DNA of 64,000 bases from an uncultured Fimbriimonadaceae bacterium (GCA_964607175.1 CAZSIM010000009.1:31985-95984), one strand, 5' to 3'; shown: positions 28,818-39,540, counted from the first letter of the stretch. Program-made: numbers and translations. The notes: generated from the sequence alone by a model not told the origin.

Positions 28818-28876
28818 GAAAGTCCGTACTTAACCAATCTAGATGGCACTTCCACTTAGGCGGTGCCATCTCTGCT

Positions 28877-29680
28877 TCATGCCAGGTCCATTCCCTGCTT
28901 TTTTACAAAATCTCCAAAAATTTTTCTGCTGCCAAGCCTGTCCGCTTCCACCCTTCGCCCAGAACGGGCTGACCAAGTGTAAGCCCCTTTCATGCCCTGC
29001 GATTCATAGAAGCCCTTCATCCGATCGTCGTACTCAAGAGTATCGACCTCATGATCGTAAACCTCATCAAAAACAACAGAGTCCTGCCTGATTCGTGGCT
29101 TTACTTCATCGGTCACCTTGTCGGTCGGAAAACCAACTGCCAGTCCGAATAATCCGACTACACCGTGGGGCAGGTTCAACAGCTGCTTTATCTCTTCCGG
29201 ATTATCTCGCAGGGCCCCAATGCAGCAGATTCCCAACCCAAGCGATTCTGCCGCGACAATCATGCGTTCTGCGGCAAGAGCGGCATCAATCACAGCCATG
29301 GTGTACATTTCATTCACCCCAAGGCCATCAGGATTCATCCCCTGGCCTTCAGCCGCTTTTCTCAGACGGTAATGGTCAGCACAGAAAGCCAAAAACAAAG
29401 AAGCCGTCCTCACCTGATCCTGATCTGCACAGGCCAAAGCAATCTTTTCCCGCTTCTCAGGGTTCTCCACCGACACCGCGCTCCACAGCTGCAGATTTGA
29501 TGAAGTGCTTGCTGACTGTGCTGCCGCAGTCAAGGCTTTTTTCCAGCCTAGAGGAAGAGGCGCGCCAGTGAATGACCTCACAGATTTGTGTCTAAGAAAG
29601 AGTGGATCAAGCTCAATGCCATAGGGGAGATCCTCGCCATACCTTTCGCTCCATAGGCGGGCCATAACGTCTGAAGTCAT
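28877..29680 (-). CDS. NADPH-dependent nitroreductase-family oxidoreductase (NfsA/Frp-like)
   Basis: N-terminal RHKSVRSFTGAPLP, 267 aa, central GIGICCIGALRDN. This is the typical NfsA-type layout. Confidence 0.75.
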   Translation of the reverse strand: MTSDVMARLWSERYGEDLPYGIELDPLFLRHKSVRSFTGAPLPLGWKKALTAAAQSASTSSNLQLWSAVSVENPEKREKIALACADQDQVRTASLFLAFCADHYRLRKAAEGQGMNPDGLGVNEMYTMAVIDAALAAERMIVAAESLGLGICCIGALRDNPEEIKQLLNLPHGVVGLFGLAVGFPTDKVTDEVKPRIRQDSVVFDEVYDHEVDTLEYDDRMKGFYESQGMKGAYTWSARSGRRVEADRLGSRKIFGDFVKKQGMDLA

Positions 29681-29713
29681 AACATGAGATTACCGGGACG
29701 GTAGAGTAATGTC

Positions 29714-30217
29714 ATGTCACGTCCTCTCGTCGGAATCATCATGGGCTCTCACAGCGATATGGACTCAATGCAGCCAGCCGCAGATGTCCTTGAAGATTTC
29801 GGCGTGGCATACGAACTGGAAATCGTCAGCGCCCATAGGACGCCAATGAAAATGGTGGAGTATGCCCAGTCGGCCAGAGGCCGTGGAATTCAGGTGATTA
29901 TCGCCGGGGCAGGCGGTGCTGCCCACCTGCCTGGCATGACCGCCTCCATGACTCCTTTGCCGGTAATTGGTGTTCCAGTTCAGAGCAAAGCCCTCTCTGG
30001 ACTGGATTCCCTCCTTTCTATTGTTCAAATGCCTGGTGGGATTCCTGTAGCGACAATGGCCATTGGCGGGGGGAAAAATGCTGGGCTCATGGCTGTAAGG
30101 ATCCTTGCTGCAGCCGACCAAAACCTCGCTGACAAGATGGAGGTTTTTCTACAAACTCAATCCGATGCCGTCCACGAAAAGAACGCGGAAGTCAGCCGCA
30201 GCTGGCCAAAAATCTAG
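29714..30217 (+). CDS. purE: 5-(carboxyamino)imidazole ribonucleotide mutase
   Basis: Reads [14 protein letters not shown]...SAHRTP...[10 protein letters not shown]. Confidence 0.93.
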   Translation: MSRPLVGIIMGSHSDMDSMQPAADVLEDFGVAYELEIVSAHRTPMKMVEYAQSARGRGIQVIIAGAGGAAHLPGMTASMTPLPVIGVPVQSKALSGLDSLLSIVQMPGGIPVATMAIGGGKNAGLMAVRILAAADQNLADKMEVFLQTQSDAVHEKNAEVSRSWPKI

Positions 30218-30225
30218 GAAAGCAG

Positions 30226-30816
30226 CTAACAGCTTTGAAGAGCCGGAAGAGATTCAATTCGATCTTGGAACCAGTCTGCGTTCAACTCTCTGCCCATAAG
30301 AATTTCTTCCACTGCCTCAAGAATAATTGAGTTTAAAGGCCCCTGCACCAGCCTAAAAGCCAATGAGTTGTACATGGCACAGAAGCCATGCAGCACGCCA
30401 GCCATTAGAGATGATTCCTCGTCATCCATCCCGACGGAAAAAAAAGGCTGAGTCATCTGTTCAAGGTGGCTTAAAACATGAGCGTCATCTGTTTGGGCAA
30501 GAAACCCAGGTTCTTCAAAGACCCTTCTTGGCATCAAAGCTCTTTCTGGGTCGCCTGCCATTCGTTCTGCCGCCGCTGCGGCATAGCGCACCACACATTC
30601 TCGGGCCAAGGTCTGCAGATAAATATCAAAGTGCTTCTGCCTTAAAATCTGTCTGGAAGCCGCCAGCTCTGTAAAGTGTTCCTCCATCCTATCCTGAAGA
30701 ATGGCGTTGGCAAGCGAGTTCGGCAGCCCCTGCACCAGCGCTATACAGGCCATTCCCGCTTTGCGGTAGGCCAAAACTTCCTCGGCTGATGGCTGATAAG
30801 AATAGGTGTCAGGCAT
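30226..30816 (-). CDS. hypothetical protein (predicted all-alpha, cytoplasmic)
   Basis: 196-aa ORF filling the gap between purE and galK. There is no signal peptide and no motif I recognise. Confidence 0.45.
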   Translation of the reverse strand: MPDTYSYQPSAEEVLAYRKAGMACIALVQGLPNSLANAILQDRMEEHFTELAASRQILRQKHFDIYLQTLARECVVRYAAAAAERMAGDPERALMPRRVFEEPGFLAQTDDAHVLSHLEQMTQPFFSVGMDDEESSLMAGVLHGFCAMYNSLAFRLVQGPLNSIILEAVEEILMGRELNADWFQDRIESLPALQSC

Positions 30817-30880
30817 CTGCTTTCTAAGTTAACGATGCAAGTCAGGAAATGTTCATAAAACTCGCTGGCATATTGATGCA

Positions 30881-32080
30881 GTGCAGACTGATCGCTCTGC
30901 AGCCCCTGGGACCAGCCACAAAAAGGGCAAAACTCATCATGTGAATCATATTGATGCGGTGACTGAGCTTTTCAGGAAGGAGTTTGGCGGAGAGCCAGCC
31001 TGGATATCCCGGGCTCCTGGCCGCGTCAACCTGATTGGGGAGCACACAGACTACTCGGGAGGCTTTGTCTTCCCTGCTGCCATCGACCGAGGCATCTGGG
31101 TGGCGGCTGGCCCAAGCGAAGACGGGCTCTGCCACCTCGCCAGCGAATCTGAAGGAGGAGCCCCACCATTCTCACTCGCTGATTCATCCCCATCCAGCCG
31201 AGTCAGCGGCTGGAGCCAATACCCGGCGGGAGTCGCATGGGTGCTTGGAGCCAAGACTCCGATCAAGGCAGCCGTCCTCACCACACTTCCCCTTGGAGCA
31301 GGTGTTTCTTCTTCTGCAGCCATTGAACTTGCCTTTGCCATCCTCTGGAATCATATTGAGAACCTAGGGCACGACAATAAGGAACTGGCTCTCCTTTCAG
31401 TGAAGGCAGAAAGAGAATATGTAGGAATGCCCTGCGGCACAATGGACCAGCTTGCCAGCGCCCTTGGTGTTGAAGGTTCTGCCCTATTCATCGATACTCT
31501 CGATTCATCCGTTCAGAAAAAACCTCTTCCTGCTGGACTGGTAATGGTCGTCTGTGACACTGGCAAAAGGCGCGCCTTAGTCGATGGTGAATACAAGGCA
31601 AGACGTGAGCAGGTGGAATCTGCCTCAGAGAAACTGAGAGTGCCCATGCTGCGTCATGCCGGCCTTGGCGACTGGCGAAACGAGAGCCTCACCGAACTTG
31701 AGGCAAAAAGAACAAGGCACGTTTTAACAGAGAACCAGCGCTGCATCGACTTTGCAGCGGCTCTCGAACGAGGCGATGAACACGAAATAGGCCTTCTGAT
31801 GGCAGAAAGCCACCAGAGCCTTAGAGACGACTTTGAGGTCAGTGTTCCTGAACTTGACGGCATGGCAGAAGCCTGCTCAAAAGCACCTGGCTGCGTAGGC
31901 GTCAGATTGACTGGCGCAGGCTTTGGAGGCTGCTGCGTAGCTTTAGTTCATGCAGGCCAGCTTGAAGACTTTCTTCAGTCAGCCGAAAAGGCGTACCGAA
32001 GCCACTATCCACAACATACGCCTCGACTTCTGCCATGCCGGGCCGCTAAGGGCGCAGAGCTTCTGATTCCAGCCCTGTAA
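30881..32080 (+). CDS. galK: galactokinase
   Basis: Contains APGRVNLIGEHTDYSGGFVFPAAI (galactokinase signature) and the GHMP motif PLGAGVSSSAA. The start codon is uncertain (GTG at 30881 in the track). Confidence 0.9.
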   Translation: MQTDRSAAPGTSHKKGKTHHVNHIDAVTELFRKEFGGEPAWISRAPGRVNLIGEHTDYSGGFVFPAAIDRGIWVAAGPSEDGLCHLASESEGGAPPFSLADSSPSSRVSGWSQYPAGVAWVLGAKTPIKAAVLTTLPLGAGVSSSAAIELAFAILWNHIENLGHDNKELALLSVKAEREYVGMPCGTMDQLASALGVEGSALFIDTLDSSVQKKPLPAGLVMVVCDTGKRRALVDGEYKARREQVESASEKLRVPMLRHAGLGDWRNESLTELEAKRTRHVLTENQRCIDFAAALERGDEHEIGLLMAESHQSLRDDFEVSVPELDGMAEACSKAPGCVGVRLTGAGFGGCCVALVHAGQLEDFLQSAEKAYRSHYPQHTPRLLPCRAAKGAELLIPAL

Positions 32081-32262
32081 GCACCTGCTTCCCCTAGGAA
32101 CAATACTCTCAAATACCGATCTAATTAGCAGGCACAGTTCTGCCAAAGCCAGATCCTGCCCAGCTAGGCCAGGAAATACTTTTTTCAGGAATTTTTCAAG
32201 GACCATCTCAAAAGTGCTGGGGAACATGGAAACAACAAGACAGGCGGCAGAACACGAAAGGG

Positions 32263-32544
32263 ATGGATGATATGGCAGTTCCAAGTGCATCTCGTGGAAA
32301 CGAGACTCAAAGAGGGGTCAGACTGACTCCGACAGAAGTTCGAGTGCTGAGCTTAATCGCTCAGGGTCATTCGAGCCAAGAAGCCGCAGACAAGATGGTG
32401 GTCTCAAAGCGAACCGTGGATTTCCACCTCGCCAACGTCTACCAAAAGCTGCAGGTCAGAAACAGAGTTCAGGCTCTGCGTACGGCCAGTCGGTTGGGTC
32501 TGATTCCTTTCGATCCTTTCTTCGGCGGCTCAGCCGGAGACTGA
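32263..32544 (+). CDS. LuxR/GerE-family helix-turn-helix protein (stand-alone DNA-binding domain)
   Basis: Reads LTPTEVRVLSLIAQGHSSQEAADKMVVSKRTVDFHLANVYQKLQVRNRVQA. There is no receiver or ligand domain in the 93 aa. Confidence 0.8.
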   Translation: MDDMAVPSASRGNETQRGVRLTPTEVRVLSLIAQGHSSQEAADKMVVSKRTVDFHLANVYQKLQVRNRVQALRTASRLGLIPFDPFFGGSAGD

Positions 32545-32662
32545 CAAAGGCGAGGAACCCCCAAAAGGGTTCATAAGCCACAGGAAGCTTCTCTTCTGCC
32601 TAGGCAGGAGGGGGGCTTTTCCTTTTATCAAAGGCAGCACGGGTGCTATCCTAAATTCCGTC

Positions 32663-33847
32663 ATGAGTCTTCACAGCGCGGTGATCCTTTCTGGCGCAAG
32701 AACGCCAATCGGATGCTTTCAGGGCGTCCTATCATCTTTTACCGGACCTCAGCTTGGCGCCCACGCTATTCGTGCCGCACTTGCCAGGTCTGGCGTTTCG
32801 CCCGACCTCGTAGAAGAAGTCCTGATGGGGTGCGTTCTTTCTGGCGGGGTGGGTCAAGCCCCAGCCCGCCAGGCATCAAAAGGCGCTGATCTCCCCGACG
32901 GAGTTCCCTGCACGACCATCAACAAAGTCTGTGGCAGCGGCATGAAGACCGTGATGCTTGCCGCACAGGCCATCGCATTAGGGGAATGTCAGGCTGTCAT
33001 CGCCGGCGGCATGGAGTCCATGACCAATGCTCCGTACATTCTCCCTGGCGGCAGAGCCGGGCTGAGAATGGGCCACGCCCAAATGCTGGACTCCATGATT
33101 CATGACGGCCTGTGGGACCCCTATTCAAACCAGCACATGGGCAGCTGCGGTGATCTTTGCGCCAAAGAAAACGGCTATTCCCGCGAGGCAATTGATGAAT
33201 ACGCTGCTGAGAGCTACCGTCGTGCCCTGACGGCCCAAAAGGAAGGAAGGCTGGCTGAAGAGATCGAGGCTGTTCCTGTTCCCCAGCGAAAAGGCGACCC
33301 CATTCTGGTTTCTTCTGATGAAGAGCCAGGCCGAGGCAATATCGAAAAACTCCCAAGCCTCCGCCCCGCTTTTGGAAAAGATGGAGTCACCACCGCTGGC
33401 AACGCGAGTTCTATCAACGATGGTGCGGCAGCTTTGATCATGGCCTCAGAAGCCTTTGCAGAATCGCAGGGACTCAAGCCCATTGGTCGAGTAAAAGCCT
33501 GGACACAGCACGCCCAGCAGCCAGAATGGTTTACCACCGCTCCGGCTGCCGCTGTTCAAAAACTGCTGCAGAAAACAGGCCTGACCCAAAACGACATTGA
33601 TCTGTTTGAAATCAACGAAGCCTTCTCGGTAGTTGCCATGCACACGGCAGATGCCGTAGGGATTCCTCGGGAAAAGCTTAACGTCAACGGTGGTGCTGTC
33701 TCGTTGGGACACCCCATTGGAATGACAGGCACAAGGCTGATTCTAACCAGCCTAATGGAGCTGCGGCGAAGAGGCGGAAGATACGCCATCTGCAGTCCAT
33801 GTATTGGGGGAGGAGAAGCCACTGCGGTCCTGATTGAGGCTCTGTAG
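32663..33847 (+). CDS. acetyl-CoA C-acetyltransferase (thiolase II)
   Basis: Active-site Cys in NKVCGSGMK, then NVNGGAVSLGHPIGMTG, and C-terminal CIGGGEATAVLIE. Confidence 0.92.
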   Translation: MSLHSAVILSGARTPIGCFQGVLSSFTGPQLGAHAIRAALARSGVSPDLVEEVLMGCVLSGGVGQAPARQASKGADLPDGVPCTTINKVCGSGMKTVMLAAQAIALGECQAVIAGGMESMTNAPYILPGGRAGLRMGHAQMLDSMIHDGLWDPYSNQHMGSCGDLCAKENGYSREAIDEYAAESYRRALTAQKEGRLAEEIEAVPVPQRKGDPILVSSDEEPGRGNIEKLPSLRPAFGKDGVTTAGNASSINDGAAALIMASEAFAESQGLKPIGRVKAWTQHAQQPEWFTTAPAAAVQKLLQKTGLTQNDIDLFEINEAFSVVAMHTADAVGIPREKLNVNGGAVSLGHPIGMTGTRLILTSLMELRRRGGRYAICSPCIGGGEATAVLIEAL

Positions 33848-33866
33848 CAGACTTCCAACACAAAAA

Positions 33867-35297
33867 ATGAAGATCCTATTCGCTGCCGCTGAAGCTTCTC
33901 CTTGGGCAAAGGTAGGAGGGCTGGCTGATGTCGTAGGATCTCTGCCTCGGGCTTTAACACCTTTGGGGGTTGAAGCCCGTATTGCTCTTCCGGCCTATGG
34001 CTTTATCATGGATGCCCTGAGGCCCTTGATAATCACCACTAAAACCGGCATCGAAGTCCCCTTCGCCGGTGACAGACGGATACACAGTGTTGTGCATATC
34101 GCAGAATGTGATGGTCTGACGCTGATGCTGATCGACGGGGAAGAAAGATTCAAGCGTGTTATGGATCGGCGCGCTCTTTACGATCTTGGCCGCGAAGACT
34201 GGCTTTACTTCTCTCAGGCTGTTCTAAGAGCCTGCGAATCTTTAGGCTGGATGCCAGATGTAGTTCATAGCCACGATTGGCAGATGGGTTTTCTTCCTGT
34301 CTTTATGAGGGAACGCAAGGGACGAGAGTGGGAAAAAACAGCCTCGTGCTTTACCATTCATAACTTTTCACATCAAGGAGTTTTTGGTCAAGACACCCTT
34401 GATCTCGCCGGACTGCCCCACAGCCTATTCACTTATGACAAGCTGGAAACCTACGGTTCGGTGAACATGCTTAAAGCCGGGGCAGCCTACAGCGAGCAGG
34501 TCAGCACCGTCAGCCCCACCTATGCCGTCGAAATCACTTCAGAAGAGCAGGGCGGTGTTTTGACCGGCCTGATGAAGCATCTGCGAAGCCAAAACAGACT
34601 CAAAGGCATCCTTAACGGGATTAATGTAGATGCCCACAACCCAAAAACTGACCCCGACCTTCCTGCTCATTTCAGTCTGGAAAATCTTTCTGGCAAATCA
34701 ATCTGCCGAGCCAAGCTGATAGACGAGCTGAACCTAAACATAGACAGTCAGACGATGCTCTGCGGCATGGTCTCACGATTGGCTGACCAAAAGGGGTTCG
34801 ACATCCTGATTCCTGCCATAGAGCAGATGATTAATGCCGGGTGTGCTGTCGCCATTCAAGGGCAGGGAGATGCAGGCATAGCAGCCAGCCTGAAGTTCCT
34901 TTCAGAACAGTTCCCCGGGAAAATGGTCTACGCTTCGCAGTTTGATCCGGACCTTGCCCAAAGAATCTACGCTGGCAGTGATGTGTTTTTGATGCCCAGC
35001 CGCTATGAACCCTGCGGACTAGGGCAGATGTTTGCCATGCGTTACGGCACCCTGCCCATTGTTCATTACACAGGTGGATTAGCCGACACCGTGACAGAGG
35101 ATATGACAGGGTTTACCTTTACTCCTCACCGCCAAGAAGAGTTTATGGGGGCAGTTAATAAAGCCCTTGCCACCTTTGCCGACCAAGAGGAATGGCAGCG
35201 AATGATTAGGCTGGCGATGCGCGAAGACTGGAGCTGGAACCGCACCGCTCCCGATTATCTTTCGATGTATCAAGAAGCGGCGGCGGCAAGAGCTTAG
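33867..35297 (+). CDS. glgA: glycogen synthase (ADP-glucose type, GT5)
   Basis: Starts MKILFAAAEASPWAKVGGLADVVGSLPRAL (ATG at 33867) and contains PSRYEPCGL. The ORF-track start of 33834 overlaps the thiolase. Confidence 0.92.
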   Translation: MKILFAAAEASPWAKVGGLADVVGSLPRALTPLGVEARIALPAYGFIMDALRPLIITTKTGIEVPFAGDRRIHSVVHIAECDGLTLMLIDGEERFKRVMDRRALYDLGREDWLYFSQAVLRACESLGWMPDVVHSHDWQMGFLPVFMRERKGREWEKTASCFTIHNFSHQGVFGQDTLDLAGLPHSLFTYDKLETYGSVNMLKAGAAYSEQVSTVSPTYAVEITSEEQGGVLTGLMKHLRSQNRLKGILNGINVDAHNPKTDPDLPAHFSLENLSGKSICRAKLIDELNLNIDSQTMLCGMVSRLADQKGFDILIPAIEQMINAGCAVAIQGQGDAGIAASLKFLSEQFPGKMVYASQFDPDLAQRIYAGSDVFLMPSRYEPCGLGQMFAMRYGTLPIVHYTGGLADTVTEDMTGFTFTPHRQEEFMGAVNKALATFADQEEWQRMIRLAMREDWSWNRTAPDYLSMYQEAAAARA

Positions 35298-35305
35298 TTC
35301 GGTTT

Positions 35306-36475
35306 TTAGACTCTATACTTTCTAAGAGCCTGATCGATATCGGCACAGATATCTTCAATGCTTTCTGTGTAACCCACAGAATAGCGCACTGTGGTGCGGG
35401 GAACTGAAATGTCTTCCAGTTCCTTGTCGTTGTACTCGTAGTAGGTAAAAAACGTGCTCTGCTCAACAAGCGAAACATGACAGCCAAAGTTGGAAGCCAT
35501 GTAGGGTATTTCCAGCAGATCAACAAAGGTCGCCACTTCCTGTTCGGTTCCTGGGACTTCAAATGTCACAACACCCCCGTGGCCCTTAAGATACTTTTTC
35601 GCCAGTCCATGATGAGGATGAGATTCAAGACCAGTGTAGAAAACCCTTTCGACGAGTTCATGCCCAGATAGAAATTCGGCTAAAACCATTCCCATTCTAT
35701 TTGCCTTTTCTACTCTTAGCTCTAAAGTGCATAAGCTCCTAGAAATCAGCTCGGCAGTGCCCCCATCTGTAATGCCGCCAGTTGTATCTCTTACCTCTCT
35801 AATTCGCTCAATCAAACTAGAAGAACCAGTAATCGCCCCAGCAACAATATCGCCATGGCCGCCGATGTATTTTGTGGCGCTATACAAAGCAATATCAATT
35901 CCGAAATCGTGAGGATAAAAGTTAGGAGGCGGAGCAAAAGAGCAATCCATCGTGATGATGGTTTTATCTGATACCAAGCCCCTTATCTTTTCAAGGTCTA
36001 TGAGAAACATCTGAGGAGAAGAGGGCATCTCCAAATGAAGAAGATCGATATCTGGCCCGGCATCTTTAATTTTTTTCAGAAAATCTTCAGAATTTTTTAC
36101 AGAAAGCTCTGTTACTTCAACCCCAAATCTTCTGAGCAGATTAAAGGAAAGCTTTCTCACCTGCCTGTAGGACTCTGAAGGCATGAACATTTTTGACCCG
36201 CTTGATAGAAGAGTCAGAAACGTGGTGCTGTGTGCCGCCATGCCCGAACCAAAGACCAAAGCAGACTCAGCTCTGCCTAGCTTTGCAAGCTGAGATTCAG
36301 CCACCAGCCACGATGGGTTGTCGTAACGGCCATACCTTCCCAAAGGCAGGGATTTTTCATGGAGACCCGTGACAACTTCTTCTTTGTCGGTGAAGCTGTA
36401 TGAAGCACTCTGATACCTTGGCGGAAGGATGCTGTTGGTGTACTTATCTAGCTTTCTGGACCGTGGCACAGACAA
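35306..36475 (-). CDS. Cys/Met-metabolism PLP-dependent enzyme (cystathionine gamma-synthase / beta-lyase / methionine gamma-lyase family)
   Basis: PLP-lysine context YSATKYIGGHGD, length 389 aa, TTG start. Which family member it is cannot be decided by eye. Confidence 0.8.
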   Translation of the reverse strand: MSVPRSRKLDKYTNSILPPRYQSASYSFTDKEEVVTGLHEKSLPLGRYGRYDNPSWLVAESQLAKLGRAESALVFGSGMAAHSTTFLTLLSSGSKMFMPSESYRQVRKLSFNLLRRFGVEVTELSVKNSEDFLKKIKDAGPDIDLLHLEMPSSPQMFLIDLEKIRGLVSDKTIITMDCSFAPPPNFYPHDFGIDIALYSATKYIGGHGDIVAGAITGSSSLIERIREVRDTTGGITDGGTAELISRSLCTLELRVEKANRMGMVLAEFLSGHELVERVFYTGLESHPHHGLAKKYLKGHGGVVTFEVPGTEQEVATFVDLLEIPYMASNFGCHVSLVEQSTFFTYYEYNDKELEDISVPRTTVRYSVGYTESIEDICADIDQALRKYRV

Positions 36476-36616
36476 ATTTTACCTAAGCTATCTTTGGTAC
36501 CTAAGCTCAATTCAAGTGCCACCAGACCTTTCAAATCCAGACAAAAGCGTCAGAATTGATAATAAACAAACAGTCAAACTTTCAATTGTTAAAACAGTTT
36601 TGATTTAAACAAAAGA

Positions 36617-37441
36617 CTAGCGGTTCAAGTCCAGAAAACCAGTAAATGACTGCGCGGCTGGACCCGTTTTTAGAACACCATCCTCATCCGCATCAAGCAG
36701 AAGAGTTCCACCAGGAAGATTCAAGGAAACTTTCTGATTCACCAGCTCTAGATGCCTTAAAACGGCATAAACCGCACAGGCGCCAGATCCGCAGCCAAGC
36801 GTGATGCCTGCACCTCTTTCCCAATGCAGAACCTTGGCTGAATCAGGCGACACCACCTGAACAAAGTGAACATTTGTCGAAGCAGGAAAACTAGGATGCT
36901 TTTCCAATCTTGGCCCAAAATAAGCGATATCAGTCTGATCAATATCCTGGGTCGGGATAACTATATGTGGATTGCCAAAACTAACTCCCCACCCACGCAG
37001 CAGAGTCTCGCCAATTTCAAGCTCAAACTCAGCAGGAGGCAGATCTGTTCTTGCCGGGTCCCAAGGGGCTCCAGATGGCTTTCCCATTTGAACCTGCACT
37101 TGGTCTTCCACCAGCAGAACTCCCACACGCCTCTCTGCCATCCAAAAGGGCTCGCCAGACTGCCATAAACCAGCATCGCGGCTAAACAAGGCAGTGCAGC
37201 GAATTCCATTGCCACACATGCCGCTCTGCGAACCATCAGGGTTCCACATGCGGCAGACAAGGCCATGGGGCAGAGTATCGATGGTGACCAAACCATCGGA
37301 CCCCACCCCAAAATTCCTGTCGCAGATTTGAGCTATTTGATCGGGGTTCAACCCATCTGGCAGACCTGCTCTTCTCAAATCTTCAGACTGCAGCAACACA
37401 AAATCGTTGCCACAGCCCTGCCACTTGGCAAATGGGATCAC
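36617..37441 (-). CDS. dapF: diaminopimelate epimerase
   Basis: Contains [10 protein letters not shown] and the two catalytic Cys contexts MCGNGIRC and GCGSGACA. Confidence 0.93.
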   Translation of the reverse strand: MIPFAKWQGCGNDFVLLQSEDLRRAGLPDGLNPDQIAQICDRNFGVGSDGLVTIDTLPHGLVCRMWNPDGSQSGMCGNGIRCTALFSRDAGLWQSGEPFWMAERRVGVLLVEDQVQVQMGKPSGAPWDPARTDLPPAEFELEIGETLLRGWGVSFGNPHIVIPTQDIDQTDIAYFGPRLEKHPSFPASTNVHFVQVVSPDSAKVLHWERGAGITLGCGSGACAVYAVLRHLELVNQKVSLNLPGGTLLLDADEDGVLKTGPAAQSFTGFLDLNR

Positions 37442-37698
37442 TCGTCTATATCGCCTGGTCTATCCCCACGACCATCTTCTCTACCGCCAATCTGTTTTAG
37501 CGGAACGATGCTGGTAATAGCATGCTTATATACAAGCTGAGTTGGTTTGCCCGGTGCATCAAGAAGCACGGTAAAGGCATCAAAGCCCCTCACACTTCCC
37601 CTCAACTGAACTCCACCCATTAAGTAAATAGTCACGCCAATGCCCTCTTTGCGGACCTGATTCAGAAACATATCCTGCAGGTTGATTCCTTTAGCCAT
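37438..37698 (-). CDS. hfq: RNA chaperone Hfq
   Basis: Sm1/Sm2 motifs [40 protein letters not shown]...[12 protein letters not shown]. Confidence 0.95.
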   Translation of the reverse strand: MAKGINLQDMFLNQVRKEGIGVTIYLMGGVQLRGSVRGFDAFTVLLDAPGKPTQLVYKHAITSIVPLKQIGGREDGRGDRPGDIDE

Positions 37699-38605
37699 TT
37701 TCTTTTTTCCCTGCCCGAATGTGGCTCATCACTTCGTGAGCCAAATCGTCAAAATTCTGAGTTTCCCCAGAAACATTCACCCATTGAAGATGAGGTTCTT
37801 TTCGCAGCCAAGTTCTTTGGCGCTTGGCGTACTGACGATGAAGAACAGCAGCTTGCGCCATTGCTTCTGTCAGGCTCGACTGCTGAATAAGTGCCCTCTT
37901 CACCACGTCATACCCGATAGCCCGCCAAGCGGGTGCCTCTTCAGGTATTCCCTTCGCCATAAGACCTTCAATCTCTACCGCCCATCCATCTCGAAACATA
38001 TCCGAAATGCGTTTTTCCTGCCAAATGGCCAGAAGATTGGGTTCGACATCCAACCCTATTTTGAGTTTCCTAAATGGCGGAATAGCGAATCGAAAAGGTT
38101 CGGTCGGCTGTAGAAGTCGTTCTAAAGACCTGCGAACACGAATAGGGTTCTTTACGTCAACTTGGTGATAAGGATTCAAGCGAAAAAGCTGACCTACTAA
38201 AGACTCCAGCCCCTCCTCTTCTTCCCTCCTCATTAGGTCTGCCCTTAAAACCGGGTCAGGCATTGGCCCCAAGTCAGAAAACTCTTCCAACAAGGCTCTC
38301 ATGTACTGCCCTGTCCCACCGGCCAAAATCACATTCTCTTCCCTTTGAAATGATTCTTCCAAAAGCGGCAGAACGAAGCGAATGAACTCAACGACCCCAA
38401 AGCTCTCTTCTGGCTGAATCAGGTCTACCCCCAGCCAGTTATGCGGCTGTTTGGGCTTGCCAGTGCCAATATCAAAGCCCTGATAAACCTGAAAAGCGTC
38501 GACTGAGATAAGCCGGGCACAAAAAGGCCCCGCCAGCTTTTCAGCTAAAGCCGACTTGCCGGAGCCAGTCGGACCATACACTGCAAGCAGACAGGGCCGC
38601 GGCAT
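37691..38605 (-). CDS. miaA: tRNA dimethylallyltransferase
   Basis: P-loop [17 protein letters not shown]. The conserved miaA-hfq adjacency is present. Confidence 0.92.
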   Translation of the reverse strand: MPRPCLLAVYGPTGSGKSALAEKLAGPFCARLISVDAFQVYQGFDIGTGKPKQPHNWLGVDLIQPEESFGVVEFIRFVLPLLEESFQREENVILAGGTGQYMRALLEEFSDLGPMPDPVLRADLMRREEEEGLESLVGQLFRLNPYHQVDVKNPIRVRRSLERLLQPTEPFRFAIPPFRKLKIGLDVEPNLLAIWQEKRISDMFRDGWAVEIEGLMAKGIPEEAPAWRAIGYDVVKRALIQQSSLTEAMAQAAVLHRQYAKRQRTWLRKEPHLQWVNVSGETQNFDDLAHEVMSHIRAGKKENG

Positions 38606-38994
38606 TAAGTCTTTTTCCGCTTGATTATCTTCACTCCGTAAGGCTTTTCCTTTCGGGGTGAAGCATCCAGCTCATTCAAAAAGGTCAGGGTGCCAACCTT
38701 CTTTTCCTTATCAAAAATCCCTATGACTTGAACAGTATCACCATTCTTAGGAGCATCAGCTTCCTTCAGGTGCCCGCCCATCCAAACAGAGATGTTATGC
38801 TTTTTGCCAATCAGCTTAAAGACAGTGTACTTATTGCCTTTTTTGCTGAGCTTGGCTTCGTAATCTCTAATATCTGCCGTGACCTGAACTACCTTTTCAT
38901 TAAGCTCATCTCTCCGAGAGACAAGATCATCGACCTTGACGGCGACAGGACCAGAAACTAAAGCAAGAGCAAAAAGAGCAGCGGCGCGCAGCAT
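38605..38994 (-). CDS. hypothetical secreted protein (possibly OB-fold-like)
   Basis: Signal peptide MLRAAALFALALVSGPVAV followed by a Lys-rich beta-pattern. Its stop codon overlaps the miaA start by 1 nt. Confidence 0.45.
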   Translation of the reverse strand: MLRAAALFALALVSGPVAVKVDDLVSRRDELNEKVVQVTADIRDYEAKLSKKGNKYTVFKLIGKKHNISVWMGGHLKEADAPKNGDTVQVIGIFDKEKKVGTLTFLNELDASPRKEKPYGVKIIKRKKT

Positions 38995-39008
38995 GATTGT
39001 TTTTTCCT

Positions 39009-39530
39009 TTAGAAGTTAATCAAGGAACAGACTTCATATCCTTCCAGCTTTTCTCTTCCATTCAGGAATCCAAGCTCAATAATAAATCCAAACCCGCAGA
39101 CTTGGCCGCCAAGCTTTTCAACCAGTTCAGCGCTGGCAGCCGCCGTGCCGCCAGTGGCCAAAAGGTCGTCAACAATATAAGCCTTCTGCCCAGGAACCAA
39201 CGAATCGGTGTGCATTTCAATCTTGGCAGTTCCGTACTCAAGACTGTATTCGGTTTGAATCGTGGTGAAAGGCAGCTTTCCGACCTTTCTGGTCATGACA
39301 AATGGCAGCCCGAGTTCCAAGGCAATCGGCACGCCAAAAATAAAGCCTCGGCTTTCAATTCCAACAACAACCTCTGCGCCCTTGGCCTTTACATCCAACG
39401 CCATAAACTCAACAGCCTGCTTCAGAGCAACAGGGTCCTGCAGGATTGGTGAGATGTCCTTAAACATGATCCCCGGCTTGGGAAAATCGGGCACATCGCG
39501 AATCAATTTGGCTGCAAGGAGTTCTGCCAT
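39009..39530 (-). CDS. apt: adenine phosphoribosyltransferase
   Basis: Contains DFPKPGIMFKDI and the PRPP motif YIVDDLLATGGTA. Confidence 0.93.
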   Translation of the reverse strand: MAELLAAKLIRDVPDFPKPGIMFKDISPILQDPVALKQAVEFMALDVKAKGAEVVVGIESRGFIFGVPIALELGLPFVMTRKVGKLPFTTIQTEYSLEYGTAKIEMHTDSLVPGQKAYIVDDLLATGGTAAASAELVEKLGGQVCGFGFIIELGFLNGREKLEGYEVCSLINF

Positions 39531-39540
39531 GACTCAAGGG

